From assembly GCF_964355755.1 (NCBI RefSeq), contig NC_092671.1, positions 7,874,001 through 7,938,000 on the forward strand: a DNA stretch of 64,000 nt, written 5' to 3'. Positions within the stretch are counted from its first letter, which is position 1, and each line of letters opens with the position of its first letter. This DNA comes from Antedon mediterranea. Lineage: Eukaryota; Animalia; Echinodermata. The position numbers and the translations under genes were made by a program. A model generated the notes under the pieces. The model did not search any database and was not told the origin of the DNA. It saw only the letters and a list, made by a program, of their open reading frames with translations. Positions 15,071-28,733 of the stretch are shown here, in pieces.

Positions 15071-15373
15071 CAGATCATAAGGGGACCATTCCGCCAACCA
15101 ACTCGTCTGCATTTGTACTTCGGACTTAATTTCGTCACTGGATGGACATTTTGATTTCGCAATAAACCCACCTAGGAAATTTAGTGGAATAAACAAGTTC
15201 AACTTTGAGCATATCAAATATCGTCTCTGACACACGTGAAAAATATACTATGAAGAATGTATTTACTGCTGTATCTTGACCACTGTTAGTTAAGTTCAAA
15301 TCAGCGCATCAGATTCAACGATTTGCCTAATTGCTATCTTTACCGAACAGAAAACAGTTTTGTTTTGGACATT

Positions 15374-15812
15374 ATGCAGCAATTTGAGACGAAAATACAG
15401 AACCCTCATTTGGATGGGCTCCAGAATGCAGCATCGAAGTCGTTTCATTCTTATAGCCCTTTTTACGAGAGCCCAGGCAACAATAATACTCATCTACCGT
15501 TACCATCTAACGGTAGTTACGTAGGATTTGTGGGTACTTTTCCATATCATGGAACCGGTGCATGTACCACGGCGCCGACAATACCGGCTTATACGTCTGC
15601 CGAATCGGGCCCCTGGCCACTACATCATTCCGAGAAAACACATACGTTTTCACATTTTTATCACCAATCGCCGTATAACTCTGGGCCAGGTTTTACTTCA
15701 CCACCCATGGGACAGAATGAACTATCACATATGAAGAGCCAATTTCATTCCGTATCTCACTCGCCAATCCAGTCGGCAGCTGCATTACAACGAAGTGGTC
15801 ATACTTTACAAG
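15374..15812 (+). CDS. Hox11/13a: Posterior Hox gene (Hox11/13a-like), coding exon 1
   Basis: GC-elevated ORF from ATG 15374 (MQQFETKIQNPHLDGLQNAASKSFHSYSPFYESP...), rich in S/P/H/Y like a Hox N-terminus. It ends at the donor CAAG|GTAATA (intron starts 15813, phase 1), and the phase matches the homeobox exon acceptor. The start codon and the absence of small intervening exons are inferred. Confidence 0.8.
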
Positions 15813-18800
15813 GTAATAAAATTGCTACTATTGTAATCAAAACGAATTAGTCGTGACGTATTTTAAGCGAGTTTGACGTAAATTTAATACCCCTACAGTA
15901 GAAAAAAGTTAATATAATTTTAAATTACAGGGGGTAAAAAGGCCTTGATATAAATACATACGATTATATTTCGTTAAAACATATCGATTTCATATTGACG
16001 TCGAAGAACTTGCTCATGTCGTTTATTCACCACGGAAATTGTAAGTTAACGATGGTCTTCTTTTCAAAAACTTTTTTTTTAATGTACAAACTATTTTAGA
16101 ATATCGGTCACTGTATTTATTGTATTATTACATGTGATGGTTTATAATATAACAAAAATGTTGTTCAACAGCTGTAGATGTAAAATCTATTATTCCAAAT
16201 GTCACTTTACCAAAATTGGAAATAAAATGTAATGTTCGAAATAACCATGTCTTAGAAATCAAATCAAAAGACCAATTCTTATAATGGTTTAAACAAGAAA
16301 CTGGATTTCAATGCAACAAACATTGATCAGATTTTGATCTTATTATCATAATTATAGCACAAATTAGATCAACTCAATCTGAACTGTTCTTTAATAACAG
16401 TAGATGTGACAGTTCTATGGAAATATATAAATAGGCCTAACTAATAATAATAGTTAATAATATTTTCTAAGCGTCTAGTCTAATTTTGTACATGCTAAAT
16501 TAATGGAGCTCTGATGTAAAGTTTATTTTGTAAGGAGGGATCATCGTCCCTAATTAGGTATCATCAGCTGATCTGCTTTATTTTTAGCAATTCTAATTAC
16601 AGAATAAAGAATTGTATAGAACTGTGCAAAAGTAGGCTTATAAATGTGGAACAGCCTATTAGCTGCCGTCGAATTCAGATGAAAATATAAGTTTAACTAT
16701 TCGTGTTTCGAATAGTCCTAAAATCCCCATTAGTTTTGTCGGTTGCAGTAAAAGCATTACAGTATGTATATTAATAACCCAATAGTACTTATCTTATGAT
16801 ACATGAAATGGAGAAAATAGTGTAAAACTATAATCCATCCATGAACATGATATAATGAGTATAATATGCGTAGCACAGTACAGTAGGCTATCTATACATC
16901 TAAGAAGTATAATACAGTAACGTCTATATCTTTCTAGTATTCCTGACGTCATTAACCTTTCTCTTGTTACAATTAACTAGTTATTATTACTGATTATTAT
17001 GAGAGCAAAGTGTATTGAAATTTTACAGTGTTTTGGTTAAACTTCGTCAGTATTCGTTAAGTCCGGGAAATAGTAAAAATTAATAGTACGCGTTGCCTTT
17101 GATGTTGTACTAACAACCACCATTGAAAGTGATTTTGTCTCAGTATTGTTCCTGTATTGTTTCCGTTTTTATATCACGTAGTTTTTGTTTTGATTCGTTT
17201 TATAACAAAATTGACATTTTACCCAATGACCTTTGTGACCTAATTAATAATACATTTACTGATTAAATTATGTTTTATTGTGTGTATACGTCTTACTTCT
17301 GTTTGAATTAAAATGCGTTCTTACAATGTTTCTGTTAATATTGGATTTTATAGTGCAGTCTCCAGGCAAAGAATAACATTTGCATATTTTACAGTAATGT
17401 AGTTTTACAATTTTGTTATTTGCAAACAAATAGTCACGATTTCTATTCAACGAGCATTATTTGAATTTATTTTTTATACAGCACGTTAACTATATCTTTA
17501 CAAACAAAATCATATTTTGATTGAATGAATTCTGACGGAGAAAACCCTGGCTTGTGTGTAGGACATGGGCTTGGTTTACCAATAGGCCTAGTAACTTGCA
17601 TGCCTAACTTAGGACAAACAATGAGTCACCATTAATATTGATATATTATTATAATATTTATGTTTTTATAATGTTTATAGTGAATATGAATATAAACTTA
17701 TACAGACATAAGTCTAATATCAGGCATACAGTTATGTATACAATATGATTTAACGTGTCTGCTCTCGCATGGCTTAGGCCTATACAAAGATTAATTCCTA
17801 ATTATCAATCACATATTAATAAAATGTATATCTTATACGAGTTTTAACATTAATAATTTTTCTTTATCACATTATTAGGCCTACTTAAGTTAAATAAGCG
17901 TAAGCTGTAATCTCAATCAACACGTTTTGTACCGCAATGTATTGTACCATTATTTGTTTTATAAAGTACAAGACACATCGTTTGTTGTAAGACACTTAAA
18001 CGAATAAATAATGTTGATCGGTTATTTATAATATATTCTACTATCTACGGTAACATTTCATATAGTTGTTTAAAATACTACAGTTCTAACATTTGTTTTG
18101 TATGTGTTATTTAAACAAACATAAATAAAGCAAAATTAGGGCTATATATTCGCTTACAAGACAATTAAATAATTAAATATCAAAATACGAAACGTAAAGA
18201 AAATCAAATAAAACTATGTATAAGTTCTTGTATATCTTTTACGTTTCTATCATTATTAATAATAGAATGTTCCTCAGCGAAGCGGGAAGCTAATGAAACA
18301 AGCTTGGGGCAGCCATTAAACTATAGGAAATCGTCCGAAAGCAGCCTGAGCATAGCCTAAGGAAATAATAAACCGAGCACTTGTTAAACCTTCAACAAGC
18401 GCAAAGATCTTTATAAATATGTTGAAACAACTAAATACTAATTATCAAATTGAGTAATTAGATAATATAGTTTTATACTTTTTTTATACAAAAGAGTAAC
18501 TGTTTAATAACTCGCTTGCTTCCAGATGCAGACGTTTTATGCAATTATTCTGACTTTTATTCTGTGTCTCGTGTAACAGATTAGATTCAAATAATAATTT
18601 GAAAGTATTAAATGATTTATAATAACAATTATATATAACTAAAGATGAAGTAGATTTAATTTTATATCTATGTTCTATATAGCAATGAGTTGAATAGATA
18701 ATAGGCCTAGTGTTGTTAAAATACTATTTCGATAGCACTAATATCGCCATTTTGAAGATTGTTATTAACCACCTACAACCCATATATTAAATATTCTGAT

Positions 18801-21708
18801 ACCTTACGATATATGTTTTATTTTGAAAATTCTTGGCAAATAATTTAGTTAATAGTTTCAATAATGAATAATTAATTTAATGTTTATAACATTTCCTGTA
18901 AACTGTGTTCAAATTATGTTTAAAGGATTTTTTTTATTCGCTATTAAACCTTTTTAATATAAAACTGTAGTAGGCCTATATATTTCTATATTCGTTGTTA
19001 TGCTTCTCAATGAACGTAAAATACAAATTTAAATACCAATGCAAAACGATCAGGCCTTAACCCTATTAGTATCAGCTACTATAGGATTATCTAGCTTGAG
19101 ATAGAAGTGTTGATTATTTTAAACTATTTTTTAAATCACAGGGAAATATTCATAGTAAACCGTATGTTCAATGTTGTTACGTTATTATTTTCACTTCAAA
19201 CGTGTAGGGCCTACCAAGCCAATGGGACCCCAAGCCAACAAATAACACGTTTTTTGGGGTAGGAAGGATTGATTGTTATATGCCTATTGTATTGCATTTA
19301 ATTTAACTTTTCAGTCAGTAAGTACTATACATAAACTATACACACACGCCTAATGGACACATGTTATCTTGTATAGGGGTTAATGGGGAAGAATATTTCT
19401 TGTTGAATCAACTTATATTATACTAATGTTAGGTATTAATCAATATAAATATGCAAATGAGCAGGGCCAGACTATAATCACCTTTTTCTTTGTCGGTGTT
19501 TCGGTACCCCTTTGACTCTTACATCCAAGGACTTGTCTGTTGAAATTGTAATTTTGCGCCTGTGTGAGCTGTTAAAAGAGAGTTAAATACCTGCCAATTT
19601 TATCACCTTTTTGCTAGTAAGGACATTACTGTTTGTATGTACTGTACACATAATGATCATCTTCTCATTTCCGATCTCAGACTTTTTTACGGTCCGGTAA
19701 AAGTTAATTCTTTAATTCATCTGGTTGTTATAAATCTCTAGGCCTACGGCAACAACATCACAACTTCATGAAATTTAGGCTAGGCATAAACATACTGTAA
19801 TTGTTGATTTCCCTCACATCTAATCTAAACGACTATTTTTTATTTGTAGTCTACAGTAAATAAGTAGGCATAAACGTGGACGGTAATTGTCCGTGTTATA
19901 TATTTATTTTATTTTCATTTATAAACTCTTCTAGTAAACATTGATTTTGAGGAAGTTTATAATCGTGAAGTACGATCAATGTTAATGATGCAGTATATCA
20001 GTAATTGGCGACCCTGTCGTCTGTTGTAGTAAAAATAAAATCGAATACATTTGTTACTAGTCTGTTTAGTTAAACCACCTAAGTTAACATGCAAATGTTG
20101 TTGCATTTTCTGTACACTATAGTTTTGACAGTCATTGTACTATTTTATACAACAAATATGGATTTTTCTTGCCGATAAACATGAAGTTATTTCGTTGGCA
20201 ATTGTATCACAGATTGCTTTATTTGACATTGCTATCGAGCTAAGTTTTGCACCTGTCTAGAAGCAGGTCATAATGACGCTGTCGGTTCATACTGTTTAAT
20301 AGCTTAGGCCCAACTTATTCTGTCTCAAATGGAGACAAAAATGAATTTATATCAACACTCACAACTGAAGTTATGAGCGATAAAAATGTCGTATTGATGA
20401 AGGTGAAGGCTGATGGGAGGAAAAATAAAAGTCAAAATCTCAGCAAGGAAAACAGCAGATGATAAATGATATTGTTTCTTGTATAAAGTGAAATCCATGA
20501 TTATTCTATCCATTATATAATACTATTATTACTATTAATAATATTATTGCTCTGTTATTAACTTAATTTGGCAGTTAGTATTGTTCTTTTAAATTGAATA
20601 TAGGGCATAGGCATATTGTATTTAAGAAGAATTTCTATTGTTATTTTATTATGATAATGGACAAGTAAAGCATTTCAGTATTCAGTAACATATTAAAAAA
20701 CGATTTCGCATTACATAATACAACATCAACGTAACAATAATAATGAATATTATATCGTATTGAATAAAGTTTTACTTCCACAGTTTTCTAAATCATAATT
20801 TTAAGTAAAATATTAAAGACATATTAATTATTTTCTTACTAACTTGAATATTGCCGTCATTGCATCCTGAATATAGGCTTACAATTTTGTTAAATAGAAA
20901 ACATTGCCACTTAAATATTTTCTTGTTGGTATTAAACATTTATTACTCTTAGTTTGATAGAGGTCTTAACACATTCCCTAATTTTAAATTTCATACAATC
21001 GCTCTTAGTAATTGAAGGTTACTATTATTATGATTAAAATTTAATCTTGATTTTATTTTTTTTTAAAAAGATTTTCTGTATTTTATATTAAAATCTATCC
21101 TCTATCATATAGAGGTAGGCCTATGCCTATTATTTCTATTTTTTCCCCCAAAAAATATAATGAAAAATTCAAACACATCTTGTCCAATGCGCCATGTGCA
21201 ATGTATATTGCGCAATGTTACTCGCAAAATGAATTGTGCATAATAATGCGCATATTGCAATGCAATGCACATTCGAAATCATCAATAACGATTAGGTTAT
21301 GTGCTTATTTAGTCTAAAATATGAAGTGAATGTTAAAAATTGTCCTGAATCTTAACCTATATATGATACGTTTAATGTATAATTAACTAGGCCTACTAGA
21401 TATTATTACTATATTCTTGATTAAGTTTCGAATATTAGGCCTACAATTATGATTGGGTAATATGAAATCAATGTTTTAATTATGTTGTTCATTCAGCGCA
21501 GGGTAAGAAAGAGAAATCGTCTGTAATGACCCTAATCTGGTAATATAACAATTTTATTATCTATAACATTTCAACAGTTTTATTACATCATCCAAGGATC
21601 CAAGGGTCATCACTTCTGAACAAATTACTAGGTTTGTCATGTTTTACGATCATGAAAATGAAAAGAAACATTAGTATAACAAGGATTGTATTCAATTTAT
21701 CATTACAG
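15813..21708 (+). other. Intron of the Hox11/13a-like gene (about 5.9 kb)
   Basis: GT...AG boundaries with compatible phase; AT-rich with no convincing ORF. Confidence 0.75.
21183..21273. repeat. Low-complexity TGCA/TGCG-rich degenerate repeat in the intron
   Basis: Repeated CAATG/TGCAA/TGCGC units across about 90 bp. Confidence 0.5.
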
Positions 21709-21998
21709 ATGGACCTAATGAAAATAGTTATAACTGGATGACTCAAACTGCAACGATACGAACACGCAAGAAACGGAAGCCATATACAAAATACCAGACG
21801 TTTGAGCTGGAGAAAGAGTTTCTGTACAATATGTACCTAACTAGAGAGAGACGATCACACATATCAAGGGCTCTAAACTTATCGGAGAGGCAGGTGAAAA
21901 TATGGTTTCAAAATCGACGAATGAAACTGAAAAAGATGAGGACGCGGGAAGAACGGGATCGCAAACAAAGGGAGCAAACCCAACAACCCACAAGCTAA
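21709..21998 (+). CDS. Hox11/13a: Posterior Hox gene (Hox11/13a-like), homeobox exon 2
   Basis: Acceptor TTTATCATTACAG|AT at 21708/21709 gives (G)AT GGA CCT... = [78 protein letters not shown]. This is an AbdB-class homeodomain (RKKRKPY arm, upstream Trp motif NWM). [24 protein letters not shown] and KLKKMR match my recollection of echinoderm Hox11/13a. The spliced CDS is 729 nt (242 aa). Confidence 0.93.
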
Positions 21999-24476
21999 TT
22001 TATAATAAGTCTGACGCCAAAAAAAAGGACATTTTCTGGAATTTAGTTAGAAAACTGATGAATATATTATTCCACTGAGGTCCATGTTTGACCTATTATA
22101 ATGTTGATTAATTTCTTAACTGGAATTAATAAGTTACTACAGCAGGATGAACTCAATAGTGAAATTGTGTTTATAAAGTTGAAATGAATATAATATAACA
22201 CAAAACCAAAGATCTAGGCATTTTTGATTGTATAAACCTATGAGATCGATTGATTTTGATATTTCAATTTGAAACTCTTTGTTTTTTAAGTTGAAAATAT
22301 TTTGCTAGTGGATACGTTTTTACGGTATTGATGACATTGTATTTATCGATTTATCATAAGACTTAAGCATCAATCGGGTGTAATTGAACAAAACCATTGT
22401 AAAAGATTTGATAATTAGTTTATTTAGGATAATATTAACCTTTTATTTCACCATCTCAACTGAAATGTCATTAAGTAAAATTAATTAAGAAATGTTATAA
22501 TGGTAACCATCTATGACCTGGTGGCAAAGTTCATTTATTTAAGTAAATGGCCAATTAACTCAAGGCTTTATAAACACGTGCGATAATTTCATTTTAATAA
22601 TATTGTATTATGTTAGGCGTTGCTACCTACCTAATGATGAGGGCTTCTAAGTTTTCATTGTTGAATAACATGCAAACTAGGAGTATGGGCGTTAAAGTCA
22701 ATTTAGATGGAGACACGTTTCTTCTGTTTAACTCTATCATTTGTGACATCCTTTCCACAAAATGCTCCAATGCGGATTCAAATGGCCCATGACAACCGTA
22801 TGAACGCAACACAATAATTGTAGTCTGTGCGTCAGTCAAGGTTCCAATCCATCACATTTTGATAAAATATAATTTCATTACCGACGACTTTTTGTCACCT
22901 ATAATTAAGAAAAAAATAACTAGATTAAATTTTTCATCTCTCTGTAAGATGTTTTGAGAGAACAAAACATTTCATTCATAATGAAATCTTGTCACCTATA
23001 TAATTTAGACGACATTGATTTTTTTTTACTGGATTGAATTTTAATCATTTATCTGCAAGATGTTCTAAGGAAACAAAGGAATAACTCTGTAATTAAATTT
23101 ACATTTGATTACATCACTGCAAAGGTCTTGGTTGTTATTGATAAAACTAAGTAATACAATCATCACAAAGTATTAACAGTTTCAACGTTATATCCTTTCC
23201 TAAAAAGTAATCATAATCGTTGAAATAAGTATGTTTTATTTGCAGTACCGGTATCGGTTAAATCGCATTCCCATTTATGTTCTCACTGAAGTCAAATTTA
23301 AATCAAAATTGATGTAGCAATTTTAAATTATCATTGTTTTTTTTTATAATGGTTAAACATTGGAAATCACAGTAGGACTATAGATTATAATACTCTAAAT
23401 CCTCCGAGTATATTCAGTTATTGCTTTTCAGCTTCTTAAAGTGTTCTCAAATCTACGTCATTTAAAAAATTTTAGTTTGATTATGATTCGTGCTTATAAA
23501 GTGACACACATTTAAAAGAGCACCTCTTATTAGAGATATCAATGTTAATATACGGTACATTTATTTACAACTGTCCTTAAGTGTAGAATTTTGTATCTAC
23601 CTCACCGTGTATAGAGTTTTTTTTTATTTAATGCTGATGGGAAAAACTACTCTTAACGTATAAAACATAACTGTATTGCTAAAGGTAATACGAGATAATT
23701 AATTTAGAAATGTATTGTTCTATGTTGTAACATACTGTATTAAGTGTAAATAAGTTTAGATAGATGATTTTAAATACTTAGGCCTATCATAACTGAACAG
23801 TCATTGGTCAAACGTGTTCGAAAAAAACTAGAGATAACGTTTGAAACATAATATTCCATCAACGTTCTCTGATTCCTGATTCTGTATTTTTGTAAATGTT
23901 TAATTAATTTAATGTAATTAAGAAAAGTATGTCCATTTGGCTAAGAAACGTTACCTAAGTAAATTCAGAAATCAATAACATTTGTGTTGAAATTTTAAAA
24001 ACAATATGACCAAAGTGAAAATCCAAAGAAAAATGTTTATTTTTAAAGTTTCGATAAACAGTATTAAATAAATAGTTCATGTTGATTTAGACTAATTTGA
24101 TGATATTCTGTTTTTGTTGACATTGACTATGTTAATTACAACGATAGACTAGGCCTATATTAGATTTCTGCAGAAACGGGATTATGTACGTCCGCCACTA
24201 CTATTACGTTTTAAGAGATATTTGTCGTCGCTATCACTTTTCAAGACTCGGCTAAATGCTAATACGTATAGGGGCTATAGAAGTTAAACACAATTATTCA
24301 TTTGAGTTATTGTCAATAATATGACCCTGATCTACATTCTTAATAACGATTTATGCCAAACAATTGATTCACTACATGCGTCTTAATTTCTTAATATATT
24401 ATTCCAAATTGACATCAATAATTGTAAAAACTAGGTCGAAGATAATTATTTAAATGGACTAAATCTATCAATTTAC

Positions 24477-24762
24477 ATTTTTTTTATAACAATAATTATT
24501 ACGTAACGTAATTCTATAGACGTAATATTTTAATATACAGTAATGCGAAATTGCAAAATACTGCCCTCTTTATTATTATAAAGTTTGTTTAACAATTCTA
24601 ACGCCACCATCGGATTGATCGGATTTTTTTATAACAATAATTATTACGTAACGTAATTATATAGACGTAATATTTTAATATACAGTAATGCGAAATTGCA
24701 AAATACTGCCCTCTTTATTATTATAAAGTTTGTATAACAAATCTAACGCCACCATCGGATTG
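24477..24762. repeat. Recent tandem duplication, about 145-bp unit x2
   Basis: TTTTTATAACAATAATTATTACGTAACGTAATT...ACGCCACCATCGGATTGA occurs twice with few mismatches. Confidence 0.95.
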
Positions 24763-24962
24763 AGAGGGCTACATCTTAAAGAGACTAAACTGAACGACTA
24801 AACCTGAATACATTTCAATTGAAATAATTTTCTGAGATATTAAAGCGTATTAAGTATCCCTTGAATACGTTTGTTGGTTTGCGCATCAACAGCGAATAGT
24901 TTAATCATAGATTATGATAAACAAGTTGGATTATGGTTTGCATCGAAGTTGTAATAGTTATG

Positions 24963-24979
24963 ACCTATAGGGGGCGCCA
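24963..24979 (+). promoter_or_regulatory. CTCF-like motif
   Basis: ACCTATAGGGGGCGCCA resembles the CTCF core CCASYAGRKGGCRS. Similar motifs lie at 3446-3462, 4008-4024, 25883-25901 and 31214-31228, and on the reverse strand at 50567-50580, 50792-50804 and 53788-53801. Confidence 0.55.
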
Positions 24980-25486
24980 TCTTGAATAAATACAACTTTG
25001 GGCGAATTTCTCCATGGTTCAACTACCGCGTTACGGATACCTGATTAATCATCTATGTGCTAGTGGTTTGATAATTAATGTTGTTGCTATTCAATTAGAA
25101 CTGTCATTCAATAAGTTAGTTTGTCAATAAATAAATAAATAAATTTAAATTTGTGGTGAACATAGACCTACCAACAAATGAAGACGAAAAGAGGTGAAAG
25201 GTTGACAGATGTCACAGATGACAGGAGGAATCGCATACAATGACGAATAAATTTAAACAAATACTATATGTCAACAATTAAGAAACGACAGGCAGGTAAC
25301 GTATTAACATGAAGTTTTTTTTTAAAGTGCAGCCTGAACCTATATAATAGTGTTTAGATGCGTTATTTTCGTATACCGTACCTATCATACATTACCATAT
25401 AATTTGTTTTTATTATAAATTAAAATTTCCATAAATACAATTTTATTTACAGTTTCTTTGTCCACATATCTGTGGTCTGATGAACA

Positions 25487-25623
25487 CAATAGAACCTCTA
25501 TTAAGGGGGACACTCAATCAAAATTCCACTTTATTAAAGATGTCTCTTAAATAGGGGCTGGCAGTAGTGTTATATATTTCCTCACGTTTGTTTATGGTTT
25601 GTCTCAAAGGAGAGGTTCTACTG
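25487..25623. mobile_element. Degenerate Tc1/mariner-pogo-type MITE
   Basis: Inverted ends CAATAGAACCTCT ... AGAGGTTCTACTG followed by TA. CAGT-type termini with a TA target are typical of Tc1/mariner-pogo derivatives. Confidence 0.6.
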
Positions 25624-28600
25624 TATTAACATTATATTAATATTAAATAATATTAGGAAAAGTGTATTGTGTATCAAGCAAACTCTATTCAATCAGTGTT
25701 ATCAATCAACTAAATTATTTATTATGAATCTAAAAATCTTCAAAATTCTCCTTACAACCGCAAGTTCGTCATTCCGTCTAGAGTGAAATTCCGTCAACAT
25801 CTTGGCTGACAAACGTTAGAACACCACAACAATGCTGTTGTCGAAAACTGTCGTTAACACCCTCACAAAACGCACGCTTGCGGTGACCTAGGGGGTAGCA
25901 CTAATTCTATGCGGTGATAAACTGTGGGCTAGATTTTAGTAAGAAATGTGAACGATTGTATCCAATAGAAACATACGCTGCGATTATAATATCTCATAAT
26001 TTCTAATCAAATTATAGTTTATGATCTCTCATTTGGTGGTTTGGTTTGTAGGCCTACCCTGATAACCAGGCCACCTACTACGACCAATGCCGTATTTAAG
26101 CCTAATTGTCATTACCGAGATCTATATAATACAAGTGTTTCTTTAGTGTGTGACACTCACAACTTATTATAACTCTACATAAAAGTTGATTAAAATAGGC
26201 TTTAACTTTCTTAGTTGTACATGGTTACAGTTTCAATAGCAATATTCTTACCATTTATACAGGCAGACGTTACAAACGTTATGAAATTAACAATTATACT
26301 ACGGTAACATCACGAACGAGAATACAACTAGAACGTTATAACCACCTGGCGAAAACAAAGGAATGTTTGGCGTATTTATACGTATAAATAGAAAATCAGT
26401 ATCGCACAGTTTGAAAGCATTGTTGCTATATCTCCGGTATAATCAGCAATATTGGAGTGGCAAACCAAGTAGATAGAATACTTATTACTGTAATTAACCA
26501 TTTTATACTACTATAAAATCCACTTTAAGTATTTCGGTAAAGACTTAACATTTAATGCTAATGCTGTAGTATTTCATTTATTACATCAGCATTATGTTTT
26601 ATACATAAAATATCTATATAATCATTTCTAGCTATTAAACAGTAATTAAACAGCGGTGGTAAGTAAAGCACCTACTGTATATTTATTTTTAAAAATGAGC
26701 TTATATATAATTCTGTTTTTAACATTCAAGCCTCTTTGAATTTTTCGTTTTCGACTCTTTCAGCATGAGATAGTGAAACAACACTGCTTTTTTTGCCTTA
26801 TTCAAGTACAATATCTATTATTTTATCATGAAAGATATAAAAAGAAGTTTGGAAAGCACTTTTTGTAACAAAACTGAAAGTTTTTAATTATCCAATAATG
26901 ATCAGGTGTACATGTAGACCTACTCATAACTTGAAAAAAAAAAGCATATTTACACTTATTTATAATTGAAGACATTGCTACAGTACTTTACTTGTTATTG
27001 CTTATATTCCGTTAACTTAACTGACCTCTTTCAATCGGACAGTTATGTTTATATAATATGTAAACAGATTCAACATGAAAGGAAGCCGACAAGCAGTAAA
27101 ACCTTTCACAAACGCCGTAGATTCCTAGTAAGTCGAATAACACTCGCGGATACTGTATCGACTGCTTATTTACCAGAGGTAAACATAAGACATCATAGTA
27201 GTGTAAAAATAACCGAGTACGTCTAGCCGAGACACTGGTACTTAACAACTTACAATCACAGTAATAAATCCTATTTGGAAAAATTTCAATTTAAAATCAA
27301 TTTAAATAGGCCTAAATAACTTAGTTAAATCATATAGCCACCCATTTAATATACATTATCAAAATTACTCTTAGGCATACAGGATGAAGTGGCAATGCCA
27401 CATCAATGAAATTAGGCCTCTATTATATTTATAAATTTAAATTTCTTGAAATTCCATTCACATACTTAACTTTGATCTGTTTGAGGTATGAATTATCAGA
27501 TCAGATAATGATGGAAAACACATTTGTGTTGGGCGAGGCTAAATAGAGATATGAAATAATATTAATATTGAAAATTATTTTGATAAAATCAGTACAATCA
27601 AATAAAATAAACAAACAAATAAAATAAAACAAGTCAGTTTAATGGTTAACTACGACTAACTAAATAATACTAGTTTAATATTTAGAAAAATACAATCTTT
27701 AAGTTTTGAATAAATGTTACTCGAAAGGTCATTACAAATATATTATAATTGTTCTAGTTCGTTTTAGGATTCTATGTATAGGTCAAATTTAAACAGCGCC
27801 ATCGGAATTTTTTTAACTCGACAAAGTGCCCAACATGAGAATTAAAATGCATAAGTAGGCCTACTAAGAAAATATAGAACAAGCTATAATATTATAAGAG
27901 CACTGTGTTAGAAGTCAATGTTTTGATTCCATTAACCATGATTTTGCAGTGATTTACATACTAATTCTTTCTGAAGTCATGTTTACGTTAGCAATACTAT
28001 AAACGCGTTCTGCCAAAATAATTCCAAATTTCATTTGTATATTTCAAGAAACAAGTTTCATGATTGTTTAATAAACTTCTGATAAAACAAGCATTTACCA
28101 AATTTCAGAGGAAAATATGTGAAATGGTCTATTTGTTGGAATCTTGTTGGATTTGTTAGAGCTTCAATGATTACACTAAAGATGAAAACAAGAACATTAT
28201 TTGTGAGATCATAAGGTTGGTATTTCTGAAATTTACGGTTGTCACACCATGGTCACACCCCTGTCAATCTCCAAATACAGAGTTGAAAGAGGGCGTCCCC
28301 TGGGTATCCATGCATGTGTATCACGTGTGACCGTAAGGAATACTTGGAAGTGTCTTACACATTGTTGTTTACAGTTTTCAATGTCAACAGGAAAAAAAAA
28401 ATGGCGGTTGACAGTGCTTCTGTTAGTCCTATATTGTTGCAAAGAATGCGGCAATAGAGATGGTAGTATAAATTTGGTTGTTGATTTCTGTGTAGACAAA
28501 AAGTCTTTAACACAACAGTGTAGGCCCGTTGACTCACCGGGTGTTTCTTTGAAGTGGTATATAGTATTTATGTGGTAATTATGTGTATATTTAAATTGAC

Positions 28601-28733
28601 ATGACGCATGACCGAACAGTTCAAACATGTTTTGGTTATACATCACATTATTTTCTCATAAACCTGTTTGCACAGTTTTCAAATTAGTGAATGCCGCCAT
28701 GCTATATTGAGGGCGCTTTTAACATGTAATGTA

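Larger units (their letters stand above)
14204..16923. repeat. Inverted repeat pair, about 105 bp (14204-14307 and 16817-16923), bracketing the Hox11/13a promoter and exon 1
   Basis: ACGTTACTGTATTATACTTCTTA...CATGGATGGATTATAGTTTT at 14204 is the reverse complement of 16817-16923, with a few substitutions and small indels. Confidence 0.92.
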
